The notes under the pieces are model-generated. The model did no database searches, was not told where the DNA came from, and worked only from the letters and a program-made list of their open reading frames with translations. From positions 128,295-192,294 of the forward strand of contig CAZVEX010000001.1 in assembly GCA_964625535.1 (NCBI GenBank): 64,000 nt of DNA, written 5' to 3'. This document shows positions 20,211 through 29,993 of this stretch, piece after piece; the stretch's first letter is position 1; the number at the start of each line of letters is the position of its first letter. The position numbers were made by a program, and so were the translations under genes. The DNA comes from an uncultured Gammaproteobacteria bacterium. Its GTDB lineage: Bacteria > Patescibacteriota > Microgenomatia > Daviesbacterales > UBA10151.

Positions 20211-20813
20211 ATGAGTCTTTTTAGGGATAGGATGGGCAGGGAGCTTTCAGATGGAGAAGCTATGGGGAAAGTTGGTAACAGATTATATAATTATATGGTG
20301 GATTTTGGGTTGTTTTGGCTGCATTTAGCTTGCTACATTCCATCCCATCATCTCAGGCGGTTTCTTTTAAGATTGGGAGGAGCAAAAATAGGGAAAGCAA
20401 CAAGTATACATATGGGTTGCCGGTTTTTTTCCGTAAAGAAACTTAAAATAGGGGAGGATTCAATAATCGGATATGGTGCATTTTTGGATGGCAGAGACAA
20501 AATAATTATTGGCAATCATGTGGATATTGCATCCGAGGTGATGATCTATAATTCCGAACATGATATTGCATCCGAAGATTTCAAGGCAAACTTGGCGCCT
20601 GTTGAAATAGGAGATTATGTCTTTATTGGCCCAAGAGCCATTATTCTTCCTGGCGTCAGAATTGGCAAAGGAGCAGTGATAGGGGCAGGGGCAGTAGTAA
20701 CCAAGGATGTTGAAGAGTTTGCCATAGTTGGCGGAGTGCCTGCAGAAATTATTGGAGAGAGAAAATTAAAGGATCCGAAATATAGATTAGGCAGAGCAAG
20801 ACTTTTTCAATGA
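20211..20813 (+). CDS. Hexapeptide-repeat (LbH) O-acetyltransferase
   Basis: IGDYVFIGPRAIILPGVRIGKGAVIGAGAVVTKDV...GGVPA. Confidence 0.92.
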   Translation: MSLFRDRMGRELSDGEAMGKVGNRLYNYMVDFGLFWLHLACYIPSHHLRRFLLRLGGAKIGKATSIHMGCRFFSVKKLKIGEDSIIGYGAFLDGRDKIIIGNHVDIASEVMIYNSEHDIASEDFKANLAPVEIGDYVFIGPRAIILPGVRIGKGAVIGAGAVVTKDVEEFAIVGGVPAEIIGERKLKDPKYRLGRARLFQ

Positions 20814-21352
20814 AAAAAATCTTTTTAATTTTTTCTTTTTTACTTTTAATTTATATGATGTGGCCCGGTCCAAGCAGCATAAATCAATTTAATGCTTTGC
20901 CGGATTCTGAAAAATCAACCCTGGAAGGAGATACCATTCAAGTTCCCGAAGTAGCCGCTTATTTTTCCAATAATTTCAGAAATTTCGCAGTCCCTTTTTA
21001 TTCTGATGATTATCAAAATTTAGTCAAACTCCCCTTTCCCCCTTTAAAACTAAATCATCCTCCCGAATATTCCTGGACAGCTATAAAAAGACATACGGAT
21101 TCAACATATCTTGAGGAATTGATCTATCCTCTAAGAAACAGTTTATATGTAAACGGTTTTGAACCTTTTTATCCCGAAGGGGAGGCAAAATTTTGGGGAG
21201 CAACAAAATTTGAAGTTGGAGAAAACGCTTGGTTTACCAAAACTACCTTGCGTTTTTACCCATCCCCGGTATGGGTAAGAGTAGTAACTTGGTTTGGTAT
21301 TATTTTGTCAACAGCTTTACTGTATCGGATGGGAAGGATCATTCTCAAATGA
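20810..21352 (+). CDS. Hypothetical protein with N- and C-terminal TM segments
   Basis: 180 aa, ATGA-coupled on both sides. Confidence 0.7.
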   Translation: MKKIFLIFSFLLLIYMMWPGPSSINQFNALPDSEKSTLEGDTIQVPEVAAYFSNNFRNFAVPFYSDDYQNLVKLPFPPLKLNHPPEYSWTAIKRHTDSTYLEELIYPLRNSLYVNGFEPFYPEGEAKFWGATKFEVGENAWFTKTTLRFYPSPVWVRVVTWFGIILSTALLYRMGRIILK

Positions 21353-22758
21353 TAGTTAGATTGGAAAAATTCTTGTTTTGGTTGATTATTTTTCTTTTCG
21401 CTTTTATTCCTTTGTACCCAAAATTTCCTTTGGTTAATGTGGTGGGAACTTTTGTGGCAGTCCGGTTAGAAGATATCTTTGTAGCCGTGGCTTTTATAAT
21501 CTGGGGTATTTACTTGTTTCTTTCTAAAAAAATAACAGATTTTTTTAGAGACAAATTAAATCTGGCTATTTTGCTTTTTTTTCTGGTGGGGCTAATTTCT
21601 TGGTTTTCAGCTAATTTTCTCACTCACACTACAATACCTGCCTTAAGTTTTCTGCACTGGGTAAGGAGAGTGGAATTTATGATGCTTTTACCCCTGGTGG
21701 CAACAGTTATCAAAACCAAGCAACAGCTCTTTATCAGTTTATTGACCCTTTCGGCAGTGGTGGTATTAGTCAACATTTACGCTTTGGGACAGCAATATTT
21801 AAATTGGCCGGTTATCTCTACCACCAACTCCGAGTTTTCCAAGGGCTTAATTTTATCTCTTTCTCCTGGGGCCAGAGTCAACTCCACCTTTGCCGGTCAT
21901 TATGATTTGGCTGTGTTTTTGGCTATGGTATTGGTTTTAATTTCCGCTTTGTTTTTCGCTCTAAATAAGAAATTAAAAATTTTTGCTTTGGGCCTTGAGC
22001 TTTTATCTTTCTGGGTTTTGATTATGACTGCGGCCAGATTATCTTTTGTGGCAGCTATTGCCGGAGTGCTCGGTGGTTTGGTGCTTTTAAAAAAATTCAA
22101 GTTTATTTTGCTGGTGGTTTTAATTATGTTGGGAGTTTTAACATATCCTTCGCAGCTTCGCGACAGATTAATTTCCACAGTCACTGTTAATATTTTTGGG
22201 CAGGGGGAAAGGTATAAAGGACAGTCGGAGGATCAGAGATTGCGAAGTAAACTAAATATCCCCACATTGGCTATAAAGACATCGTCCGAGTCGGCAGAAA
22301 CTTCCACTTTTGCTACTGGCTCCGGTGATACTGCCAGCGACATCACCCCCGGGGAGCCCACTGATACCACTCAACTGGGGGTGTATAGATCTTTTTCCAT
22401 CAGATTAAATCTTGAATGGCCCGCCGCCTGGCGCGCTTTTTTGAAAAATCCCCTTTTGGGAACCGGCTATTCATCACTTGGAATAGCTACTGATAATGAT
22501 TTCTTAAGATCTTTGGGCGAGGTGGGGGCCCTGGGGACAGCAGCTTTCGTCTTAATTTTTATTGAAATAATAAAAAGGATAGTTAAACTTCTAAAAGAAG
22601 ATAATCAATTCATCAAATATTTTTCCGCCGGTATATTATCTTTAATTTTGGCATTTGTCATCAACGCCTTATTTATTGATGTTTTTGAGGCCTCCAAAGT
22701 GGCATCTTTATTTTGGATGATCATTGGAGCAAATCTGGCGGTGAGGAATTTTAAATGA
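21349..22758 (+). CDS. O-antigen ligase/Wzy-like membrane protein
   Basis: RVNSTFAGHYDL, MTAARLS, KNPLLGTG, TDNDFLR.LGE.G. ATG 21349 overlaps the upstream stop. Confidence 0.8.
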   Translation: MIVRLEKFLFWLIIFLFAFIPLYPKFPLVNVVGTFVAVRLEDIFVAVAFIIWGIYLFLSKKITDFFRDKLNLAILLFFLVGLISWFSANFLTHTTIPALSFLHWVRRVEFMMLLPLVATVIKTKQQLFISLLTLSAVVVLVNIYALGQQYLNWPVISTTNSEFSKGLILSLSPGARVNSTFAGHYDLAVFLAMVLVLISALFFALNKKLKIFALGLELLSFWVLIMTAARLSFVAAIAGVLGGLVLLKKFKFILLVVLIMLGVLTYPSQLRDRLISTVTVNIFGQGERYKGQSEDQRLRSKLNIPTLAIKTSSESAETSTFATGSGDTASDITPGEPTDTTQLGVYRSFSIRLNLEWPAAWRAFLKNPLLGTGYSSLGIATDNDFLRSLGEVGALGTAAFVLIFIEIIKRIVKLLKEDNQFIKYFSAGILSLILAFVINALFIDVFEASKVASLFWMIIGANLAVRNFK

Positions 22759-24227
22759 CTGCTTTAAAAACTTTGAAAAGTCAATATTTCTGGCTGTGCT
22801 TAATTATTTTAATAGGTTTTTGGGTGAGGCTTTATAAAATTGACTCACCAATTGCCGATTGGCATTCCTGGCGCCAAGCAGATACGGCCTCGGTCACCAG
22901 AAATTTTATTAAGGAGGGTTTTAATCCTTTTTTACCAAAATACGATGATATGTCGGCCATGTCGGAAACCCCTTTAACTAACCATTTAAGATTAAGATTT
23001 GTGGAGTTCCCTATATACAATATGTTTGTTTACCCACTATATCTTTTGTTTGGGGTGAGTGATATATACCATCGGTTGGTATCAGTACTTTTTTCGCTGG
23101 GCAGTATTGCTTTTGTTTTTCTGATTGCAAAAAGATATCTTGGCGCAGCCACAGGTCTTTTATCCGCCTTGATTTTTGCTGTTTTGCCTTTTAATGTTTT
23201 CTTTTCTAGAACCACTCTGCCGGAACCGACATTTTTATTTTTTGCCTTGGGTATGATTTATTTCATAGATCGTGTGATTTATGAAAATACCCGACGCGTA
23301 TATTTTGTGGCAATGCTTTTTACTGTCTTGGCATTTTTGATAAAACCATGGGCTGTCTTTTTTATCCCGCCTTTAATTTATTCAATTATTAAAAAAGAAA
23401 AAAAAGTAAAAGCTATTTTTAAATACCTCTTGTTTTTTATTTTAGCCATATCCCCGTTTTTGCTCTGGCGGCTTTGGATTTTGCAATTTCCGGAGGGAAT
23501 TCCGGCATCGAACTGGCTTTTTAATGGAGACGGTATTCGATTTCGTCCGGCCTTTTTCTGGTGGATCGTGCAGCAAAGGCTGGGCGGGGAGATGCTGGGA
23601 GTTTCCGGACTGGTTCTTTTTCTCTTGGGATTTCTTGTTAAACTAAAAAACAATAATTATTTTTTACATATTTGGGCTTTTTCTTTGATTGCTTATTTAG
23701 TAATTGTAGCAACCGGGAATGTTAGACATAATTATTATCAACTTATTTTAACTCCTCTCCTTGCAATTTTTTTAGCAAGGGGTTTTGTTTATCTTTTTAA
23801 GGGGAACGAGGATTATGTCCCCAGGATTTGGACAATTCTGCTGGCACTTTTTCTCTTGCCTTTATCTTTTTATTTTGGATGGAAGTATGTAAAAGAGTTT
23901 TATAAAATAAATAATCCTCCCATTATCGAAGCCGGAAAGAAGGCTGATCAGATTTTGCCGAAAGAAGCAATAGTGGTTGCCCCGTATAATGGAGACAGCG
24001 CTTTTTTATATCAAATAAACCGCCCGGGATGGGCAGCAACGGCTTTGCCGCTTAAAGAGATGGTTGCGGATTTTGGAGTAACCAACTTTATTTCAGTATC
24101 CAAAGACGATAAAACCAATTGGGTCAAGAGACATTTTTATGTTGTTTGGGAAGAGGAGCATTTCTTGATAGCGGATCTGACAAGACTTAAAGAAAAATTT
24201 GACGATACAGTAGACCCAGAACCGTGA
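22755..24227 (+). CDS. GT-C (GT39/ArnT-like) glycosyltransferase
   Basis: HSWRQADT, VEFP.Y, FFSR...PE, LIKP, HNYYQ. Confidence 0.85.
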   Translation: MTALKTLKSQYFWLCLIILIGFWVRLYKIDSPIADWHSWRQADTASVTRNFIKEGFNPFLPKYDDMSAMSETPLTNHLRLRFVEFPIYNMFVYPLYLLFGVSDIYHRLVSVLFSLGSIAFVFLIAKRYLGAATGLLSALIFAVLPFNVFFSRTTLPEPTFLFFALGMIYFIDRVIYENTRRVYFVAMLFTVLAFLIKPWAVFFIPPLIYSIIKKEKKVKAIFKYLLFFILAISPFLLWRLWILQFPEGIPASNWLFNGDGIRFRPAFFWWIVQQRLGGEMLGVSGLVLFLLGFLVKLKNNNYFLHIWAFSLIAYLVIVATGNVRHNYYQLILTPLLAIFLARGFVYLFKGNEDYVPRIWTILLALFLLPLSFYFGWKYVKEFYKINNPPIIEAGKKADQILPKEAIVVAPYNGDSAFLYQINRPGWAATALPLKEMVADFGVTNFISVSKDDKTNWVKRHFYVVWEEEHFLIADLTRLKEKFDDTVDPEP

Positions 24228-25411
24228 AAATTTTAATGCTGACACCATATTTGCCTTTCCCGCTTTTAACCGGCGGTCAAACCAGATCATATAACTTGAT
24301 TAAAAGATTATCCAGCTTAGGCCATGAGATTACTCTTTTTTCTTTAGTAAAAAGTGACAGTGAAAGACAATATGTAGGGGAGCTGGAAAAATTCTGCAAA
24401 GAAGTTCAGGTATTTGGCAGGTCGGAGCGACCTTGGACACTCAAGAATATATTAAAAACGGGTTTTAGTTTTTATCCCTTTCTGGTTGTGAGAAATTGGG
24501 CCAAAGAAGAAAAGAGTGCCATTGAGCAAAAAATTAACCAGGAGAAATTTGATTTAATCCATGCCGAAACTTTTTATGTTATGCCGCATATCCCAAAAAC
24601 TAAAATACCGATTCTATTAGTTGAGCAAACTATCGAGTATCTGGTTTACAGGCATTTTGCTAAGGAATCGCGTTTTACCATCTTAAAACCGCTATTTTAT
24701 TTTGACGTTGCCAAGATGAAATACTGGGAGTTGAAATATTGGCAGCAGGCGGCGGGGGTGGTGGCCATGTCTGATGAAGACCGAAAAATTATGTTGTCCG
24801 AGGTGCCGGGACTTGATGTTGACATTGTGCCAAATGGAGTTGACAGCGGATATTTTAGCGCGCCGGTTGCAGAACGCGCTAAAAAGAAAATTATTTTATA
24901 TCTGGGAAATTTTACCTGGCTTCAAAACAGGGAAGCGGTTGATGTTTTGGTGAGAAGAGTTTGGCCGATAATAAAAAAATCGCTCAAAGAGGCAAAACTT
25001 TGGATTATTGGAAAAAGTGCCAAAAGTTTTTTTACCCGTCTCTCCTCAAAGGATGTAAAAGTGATGGAAGTGAAAGATGTAAGAGAGGTTTATCAAAAAG
25101 CCTCTTTGTTGGTAGCGCCAATTTATGGAGAAGGCGGAACGCGTTATAAAAATTTGGAAAGTTTTGCCTCGGGACTGCCGGTTGTAACCACCTCTATTGG
25201 CATAAGAGGGATTGAGGCAAGAAACAATGAACAGGTGATTATCCGGGATAATCCGGACGATATTGCCAAAGCAGCGGTGGAGCTATTAAATAATTCGGAT
25301 TTTTATAAAAAGGTGGTCGTAAACGCCCGGGCGATGGTGGCGGCAAAATACGACTGGGATCCAATTGCCAAGAAATTAAGCGAAATTTATGAAGAATTGG
25401 GAAAAAAATGA
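24224..25411 (+). CDS. Glycosyltransferase family 4
   Basis: PYLPFP..GGQTR, VPNGVD, GGTRYKNLESFASG. Confidence 0.9.
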   Translation: MKILMLTPYLPFPLLTGGQTRSYNLIKRLSSLGHEITLFSLVKSDSERQYVGELEKFCKEVQVFGRSERPWTLKNILKTGFSFYPFLVVRNWAKEEKSAIEQKINQEKFDLIHAETFYVMPHIPKTKIPILLVEQTIEYLVYRHFAKESRFTILKPLFYFDVAKMKYWELKYWQQAAGVVAMSDEDRKIMLSEVPGLDVDIVPNGVDSGYFSAPVAERAKKKIILYLGNFTWLQNREAVDVLVRRVWPIIKKSLKEAKLWIIGKSAKSFFTRLSSKDVKVMEVKDVREVYQKASLLVAPIYGEGGTRYKNLESFASGLPVVTTSIGIRGIEARNNEQVIIRDNPDDIAKAAVELLNNSDFYKKVVVNARAMVAAKYDWDPIAKKLSEIYEELGKK

Positions 25412-26496
25412 AAATTGTCATTGATGCCAGAATGTATCAGGAGGCAGGAGTAGGAAGGTATATTAGCAATTTAATTAATGAATTGCAAAAACTGGATCAA
25501 CAAAGTGAATATTTTATTTTACTTTTAAAAAAAGATTTTGAAAAATTAGAATTTCAAAATAATTTTAAAAAAGTTTTGGCTGATTTTAGATGGTATGGGG
25601 TTTCGGAACAAATTAGGCTACCCAAATTACTTGAAGATCTTAAGCCCGATTTAGTTCATTTTCCTCATTTTAATGTGCCAATTTTTTATAAGCGAAAATT
25701 TGTGGTAACTATACATGATTTAATTCACCAGCATTTTAGTATGCAAAGAGTTACTACACATGGACCATTAATCTATAAAATTAAACAATTCGGATATAGA
25801 AAGATTTTTAATAATGCTATTAAAAATGCAGAAAAAATTTTAGTACCATCAAATTTTGTTAAAAAACAATTAATTAATGAGGGAGTAAATAAAGATAAAA
25901 TAATAGTAACTTATGAAGCAGTTGACGACAAAATACTTTCGATCGGAAATAATTTGTCATTGTCAAAAGAAAATTATATTTTTTATGTCGGTAATGCCCA
26001 TCCCCATAAGAATGTGGAGGGTTTAATAAAGGCATTTTTAAATTTAAAATTTAAAATTAAAAATTTAAAATTAGTATTGGCAGGGCATGACCATTATTTT
26101 TGGCAAAGAATTAAAAAAGAATTTCAGAATAAAGACATTATTTATAAAGGTTATGTTACGGATGAAGAATTAGTAACTCTATACAAAAATGCTAGATGTT
26201 TTGTGATGCCCAGTTTTGAGGAAGGATTTGGAATCCCACTTTTGGAAGCCATGGTGCTGTCTTGTCCGGTGGTTTCTTCAAATGCCGGAAGTCTACCGGA
26301 AGTTGGAGGAGATGCGGCTATCTATTTTGATCCGACAGATATGACTGATATGACAAATAAGATAGAAAAAATGGTTAAATCGGAAAGTTTACGAAAAGAG
26401 ATGATAAAAAAAGGCTTAAAAAGATATAAAATGTTTTCCTGGAAAAAATTAGCCAAACAAACTTTGGAGGTATATGAAAATAGCATTAGTTCATGA
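25408..26496 (+). CDS. Glycosyltransferase family 4
   Basis: IDAR, GVGRY, TIHD, HPHKN, EEGFGIPLLEAM. Confidence 0.92.
   Translation: MKIVIDARMYQEAGVGRYISNLINELQKLDQQSEYFILLLKKDFEKLEFQNNFKKVLADFRWYGVSEQIRLPKLLEDLKPDLVHFPHFNVPIFYKRKFVVTIHDLIHQHFSMQRVTTHGPLIYKIKQFGYRKIFNNAIKNAEKILVPSNFVKKQLINEGVNKDKIIVTYEAVDDKILSIGNNLSLSKENYIFYVGNAHPHKNVEGLIKAFLNLKFKIKNLKLVLAGHDHYFWQRIKKEFQNKDIIYKGYVTDEELVTLYKNARCFVMPSFEEGFGIPLLEAMVLSCPVVSSNAGSLPEVGGDAAIYFDPTDMTDMTNKIEKMVKSESLRKEMIKKGLKRYKMFSWKKLAKQTLEVYENSISS
26041..26072 (+). repeat. In-frame heptamer repeat (AATTTAA)n
   Basis: aatttaa aatttaa aattaaa aatttaa aatt; encodes NLKFKIKNLKL. Confidence 0.7.
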
Positions 26497-27481
26497 TGAT
26501 CTTGTTCAATGGGGGGGAGCGGAAAGAGTGCTGGAGGGGATTTGTGAGATCTATCCTGACGCGCCAATTTATACTTCTGTTTATGATGAAAGTAACCAAG
26601 AGCTAAAAAAAAGATTTGGCAAGAAAAAAATTATCACATCTTTCCTGCAAAAAATTCCTATATGGAGGTATATATATAAAATTTTACTCCCCTTTTATCC
26701 AATTGCTTTTGAGCAATTTGACTTTACAGGATATGATTTAGTAATTTCCCATACCACAAGATTCGCTAAGTCTATAATTACTAAACCAGAAACTGTGCAT
26801 ATTTGTTATTGTCACACTCCACTTAGATTTTTATGGCGCTTTTCAGGGTACTCTAATTTCGGCTTGGGTGAAATTCTAATGACAAAGCTTCGCCTTTTGG
26901 ATCAGGTTTCTGCAAGACGAGTTGATTTCTTTTTAGCCGGCTCGGAAAATGCCAGAAGAAGAATTAAAAAAGTTTACGGAGTAGATTCTAAAGTGGTTTA
27001 TCCGTTTATAGATCCGGAAAGATTTAAAGGTGTAGAAACTTTTGATGGGGGATATTTTGTAGTGATAGGCAGGCCAAACAAGTATAAAAGATTTGATCTG
27101 GCAAAAGAAGCTTGTAAAAAAATAAATATTGAATTAAAAGTAATCGGCGGTGGATTGTCTGATGAAATGGTAGTAAGAATTCTAGCAGGATGTCGAGGTC
27201 TGATTATTCCCGGTGAAGAAGATTTTGGGTTAATTTCTTTGGAAGCCCAAGCCTTGGGTAAACCGGTAGTGGCCTTTCAAAAAGGCGGCGTTTTGGAAAC
27301 AGTAATAGAAGGTAAAACCGGTATTTTTTTTGAGGAGCAATCTGTGGAAAGTTTAAAAAACGCCCTGGTAAAATTTCAATCCGTTAAAATAAATTCAGAC
27401 GACTGCAGGCAAAATGCAAAAAAGTTTGATAAAAATCATTTTCAGGGTAGTTTTAAGCAAGCCATTGCCAATATATTGTAA
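26474..27481 (+). CDS. Glycosyltransferase family 4 (WbaZ-like mannosyltransferase)
   Basis: ALVHD...GGAERVL, CYCHTP.R, EEDFG..LEAQALG. Confidence 0.9.
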   Translation: MKIALVHDDLVQWGGAERVLEGICEIYPDAPIYTSVYDESNQELKKRFGKKKIITSFLQKIPIWRYIYKILLPFYPIAFEQFDFTGYDLVISHTTRFAKSIITKPETVHICYCHTPLRFLWRFSGYSNFGLGEILMTKLRLLDQVSARRVDFFLAGSENARRRIKKVYGVDSKVVYPFIDPERFKGVETFDGGYFVVIGRPNKYKRFDLAKEACKKINIELKVIGGGLSDEMVVRILAGCRGLIIPGEEDFGLISLEAQALGKPVVAFQKGGVLETVIEGKTGIFFEEQSVESLKNALVKFQSVKINSDDCRQNAKKFDKNHFQGSFKQAIANIL

Positions 27482-27496
27482 ACTAATAGGAAACCC

Positions 27497-28132
27497 ATGA
27501 TTTATGATTTTTCCAAGCGGTTGTTAGATATGCTGGGTTCCATATTGGGTCTTCTTATTTTATCCCCGCTTTTTTTACTCATCGCCATAGCTATAAAAAT
27601 TGACTCCTCAGGTCCCGTATTTGCCGATATCCCTCAAAGAGTAGGACGCAAGGGGAAACTTTTTAGAATGTATAAATTTAGATCAATGGTGGTGGGTGCT
27701 CAAGAGATATTAAACAATAACCCCGATCTTTTAAAAAAATATAAACTGCACAGCTATAAATTGCCGATTGATGAAGACCCAAGGATTACCGGCATGGGCA
27801 AATTTATCAGAAAAACCTCAATTGATGAGCTGCCGCAACTGATCAATATTTTAAAGGGTGAGATGAGCTTAGTTGGTCCGCGGGCGTATTATCCCTTTGA
27901 GCTGGAAGAACAGCAAATTAAGCATCCTCATTCCAGAAAATATGTTAAGATAATTTTGTCAGGTAAGCCGGGTTTGACCGGACTGTGGCAGGTATCGGGC
28001 AGATCGGAAATTAATTTTGACCAGAGAGTCAAAATGGACGCCAGCTATATCCAGCGGCGGTCTATACTTTACGATTTTTTGATTCTTTTAAGAACCATTC
28101 CGGCTGTAGCATCCGGCAGAGGAGCAGTGTGA
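27497..28132 (+). CDS. Priming undecaprenyl-phosphate sugar phosphotransferase (WcaJ/PglC-like)
   Basis: KR.LD, KFRSM, DPRIT, RKTSIDELPQL, MSLVGPR, KPGLTGLWQVSGR. Confidence 0.95.
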   Translation: MIYDFSKRLLDMLGSILGLLILSPLFLLIAIAIKIDSSGPVFADIPQRVGRKGKLFRMYKFRSMVVGAQEILNNNPDLLKKYKLHSYKLPIDEDPRITGMGKFIRKTSIDELPQLINILKGEMSLVGPRAYYPFELEEQQIKHPHSRKYVKIILSGKPGLTGLWQVSGRSEINFDQRVKMDASYIQRRSILYDFLILLRTIPAVASGRGAV

Positions 28133-29985
28133 TGATGTTTATTAACCTAAATAAAAAACCTTCAAAAAATAAGGCCAGGAGAAGAGCGTGGGTTTTGTTT
28201 TTAACACTGATCGTGGCATTGATTTTACCTTCCATATTTACTTATTTGGGACTGCGGACTACCCTTTCTCACGGTAAAGCGCTGGTAGCGGCTTATAAAG
28301 TGGCGAATTTTGACCTATTGAAGCAGGAGCTAAGTTCGACAAAAAGCGGTTTAGAGCAGGTTGATCTTTCCTTAAACCTTCTATTCTGGTTAAGAGTGGT
28401 TCCGCTACTTGGGGGGTATTACGGCGATGCCAAGGGATTCTCAAGCGCGGGCGTGGAAGAGCTTAAGGCCTTGGAGAAGATTTTGATTAGCTTAGAACCC
28501 GCCAAGTTTGAATTAGGATTTGACGGTAATCAAAAAGCCGGACCGGAAAGAGTCACTCAAGCAATCAGAATTTTACAAAAATCTCTTCCCTATCTGGATA
28601 ACACAGAAGGGCATTTTAAAAAGGCTGGAGAACTGGTGGAAAATATTGATACCGGCAAATATTCCGCCAGTATCAAAGGAGTTAAGGTCCAAAAAATGTT
28701 AAGTCTAGCCAAAAATTTTATGATTGGGGCGGCAGTAGCCGTGAGTGAGGGAAGGCAAGCACTCTCTTTAGCGCCTGTTGCTTTGGGAGACCCTTCCCCT
28801 AAAGAGTATTTATTGCTTTTTCAAAACGACAAAGAGATCCGGCCGACCGGCGGATTTATGACGGCCTTTGCTACTTTAAAAATTAACAAGGGGCAAGTTG
28901 AAACTACCACCTCAGATGATATTTACAGACTTGATGAAAGACTTCTAGCCACATGTGAGTCAAAAATTTGTCCGCTGACTCCCCCTCTCCCAATTGTGAA
29001 ATACTTACCTGAAGTTTCCGGCAAACCAAGATCTGCTTGGAGTATGCGAGATTCCAATATTTCACCGGATGTACCTACCTCTGCTTTGGAGTTTGAAAGA
29101 ATATTTAAGCTTCTCGGTTCGGGTCTGCCGTTTGATGGAATCATCTATATAGACTCACAAGTAGTGGAAGAACTGATTGAAGTGACCGGTCCGATTGATG
29201 TTTTGGGAACAACATATTCATCGGAAGTTGATAAAAGATGTAATTGCCCCAATGTCATCTATGAACTCGAATCTTATGCGGAAATTGCCGCCAAAGGAGA
29301 ACAAGACCGCAAAGCCATCCTGGGAGTTTTAATGCAACAGATTTTGGCAAGGTCAGTAGGAGCAGATGTGGAAAAGTTGCCTCAACTGATCGAAACCATC
29401 GCCAGGTTGGCAAATCACAAACACATTATGTTTTTTATGCATGACCCCAAAACTCAACAGGCCCTCTCTATTTTGAACTGGACGGGAGAGATTAAAGATT
29501 TTGAGGGAGATTATTTGCATATCAATGATAGTAATTTTGCTGGGGGAAAATCTAATCTTTATGTTGAACAAAAAGTGATCCAGGATATTTCTATCAAAGA
29601 TGGCAAAGTAACTAAAAAAATTACTATTGAATATAAAAATCCCCAACCTTTTAATACCTGGTTAAACGGAATTAACAGAGATTACGTACGTTTTTACGTG
29701 CCGAAGGGGAGTAAGCTAATATCCGGTAAAGGAACGGATGAGGCTTTCAATACCATTGAGGATTTAGGTAAAACGGTTTTTGAAACTTTTTTAACTGTCA
29801 GGCCACAAAATTCCCGGAAAGTGGAACTGGAATATGAAATTCCTTACAGCCCCAAAGACCAGTATGAACTCATGGTTCAGAAACAGCCCGGAGCTAAGGA
29901 TTTTGAATATGAGATTAAAATTAATGGTTCTAAAAAAGCAGATTTTAAACTGGATCAGGATAAAGAATTCAAATTTGACATATAA
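28129..29985 (+). CDS. DUF4012-like membrane-anchored protein
   Basis: N-terminal TM; LLFQN.KE.RPTGGF, RDSNISPD.PTSA, N..GGKSN, YVRFYVP.GS. Confidence 0.8.
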   Translation: MMMFINLNKKPSKNKARRRAWVLFLTLIVALILPSIFTYLGLRTTLSHGKALVAAYKVANFDLLKQELSSTKSGLEQVDLSLNLLFWLRVVPLLGGYYGDAKGFSSAGVEELKALEKILISLEPAKFELGFDGNQKAGPERVTQAIRILQKSLPYLDNTEGHFKKAGELVENIDTGKYSASIKGVKVQKMLSLAKNFMIGAAVAVSEGRQALSLAPVALGDPSPKEYLLLFQNDKEIRPTGGFMTAFATLKINKGQVETTTSDDIYRLDERLLATCESKICPLTPPLPIVKYLPEVSGKPRSAWSMRDSNISPDVPTSALEFERIFKLLGSGLPFDGIIYIDSQVVEELIEVTGPIDVLGTTYSSEVDKRCNCPNVIYELESYAEIAAKGEQDRKAILGVLMQQILARSVGADVEKLPQLIETIARLANHKHIMFFMHDPKTQQALSILNWTGEIKDFEGDYLHINDSNFAGGKSNLYVEQKVIQDISIKDGKVTKKITIEYKNPQPFNTWLNGINRDYVRFYVPKGSKLISGKGTDEAFNTIEDLGKTVFETFLTVRPQNSRKVELEYEIPYSPKDQYELMVQKQPGAKDFEYEIKINGSKKADFKLDQDKEFKFDI

Positions 29986-29993
29986 TAATCTTC

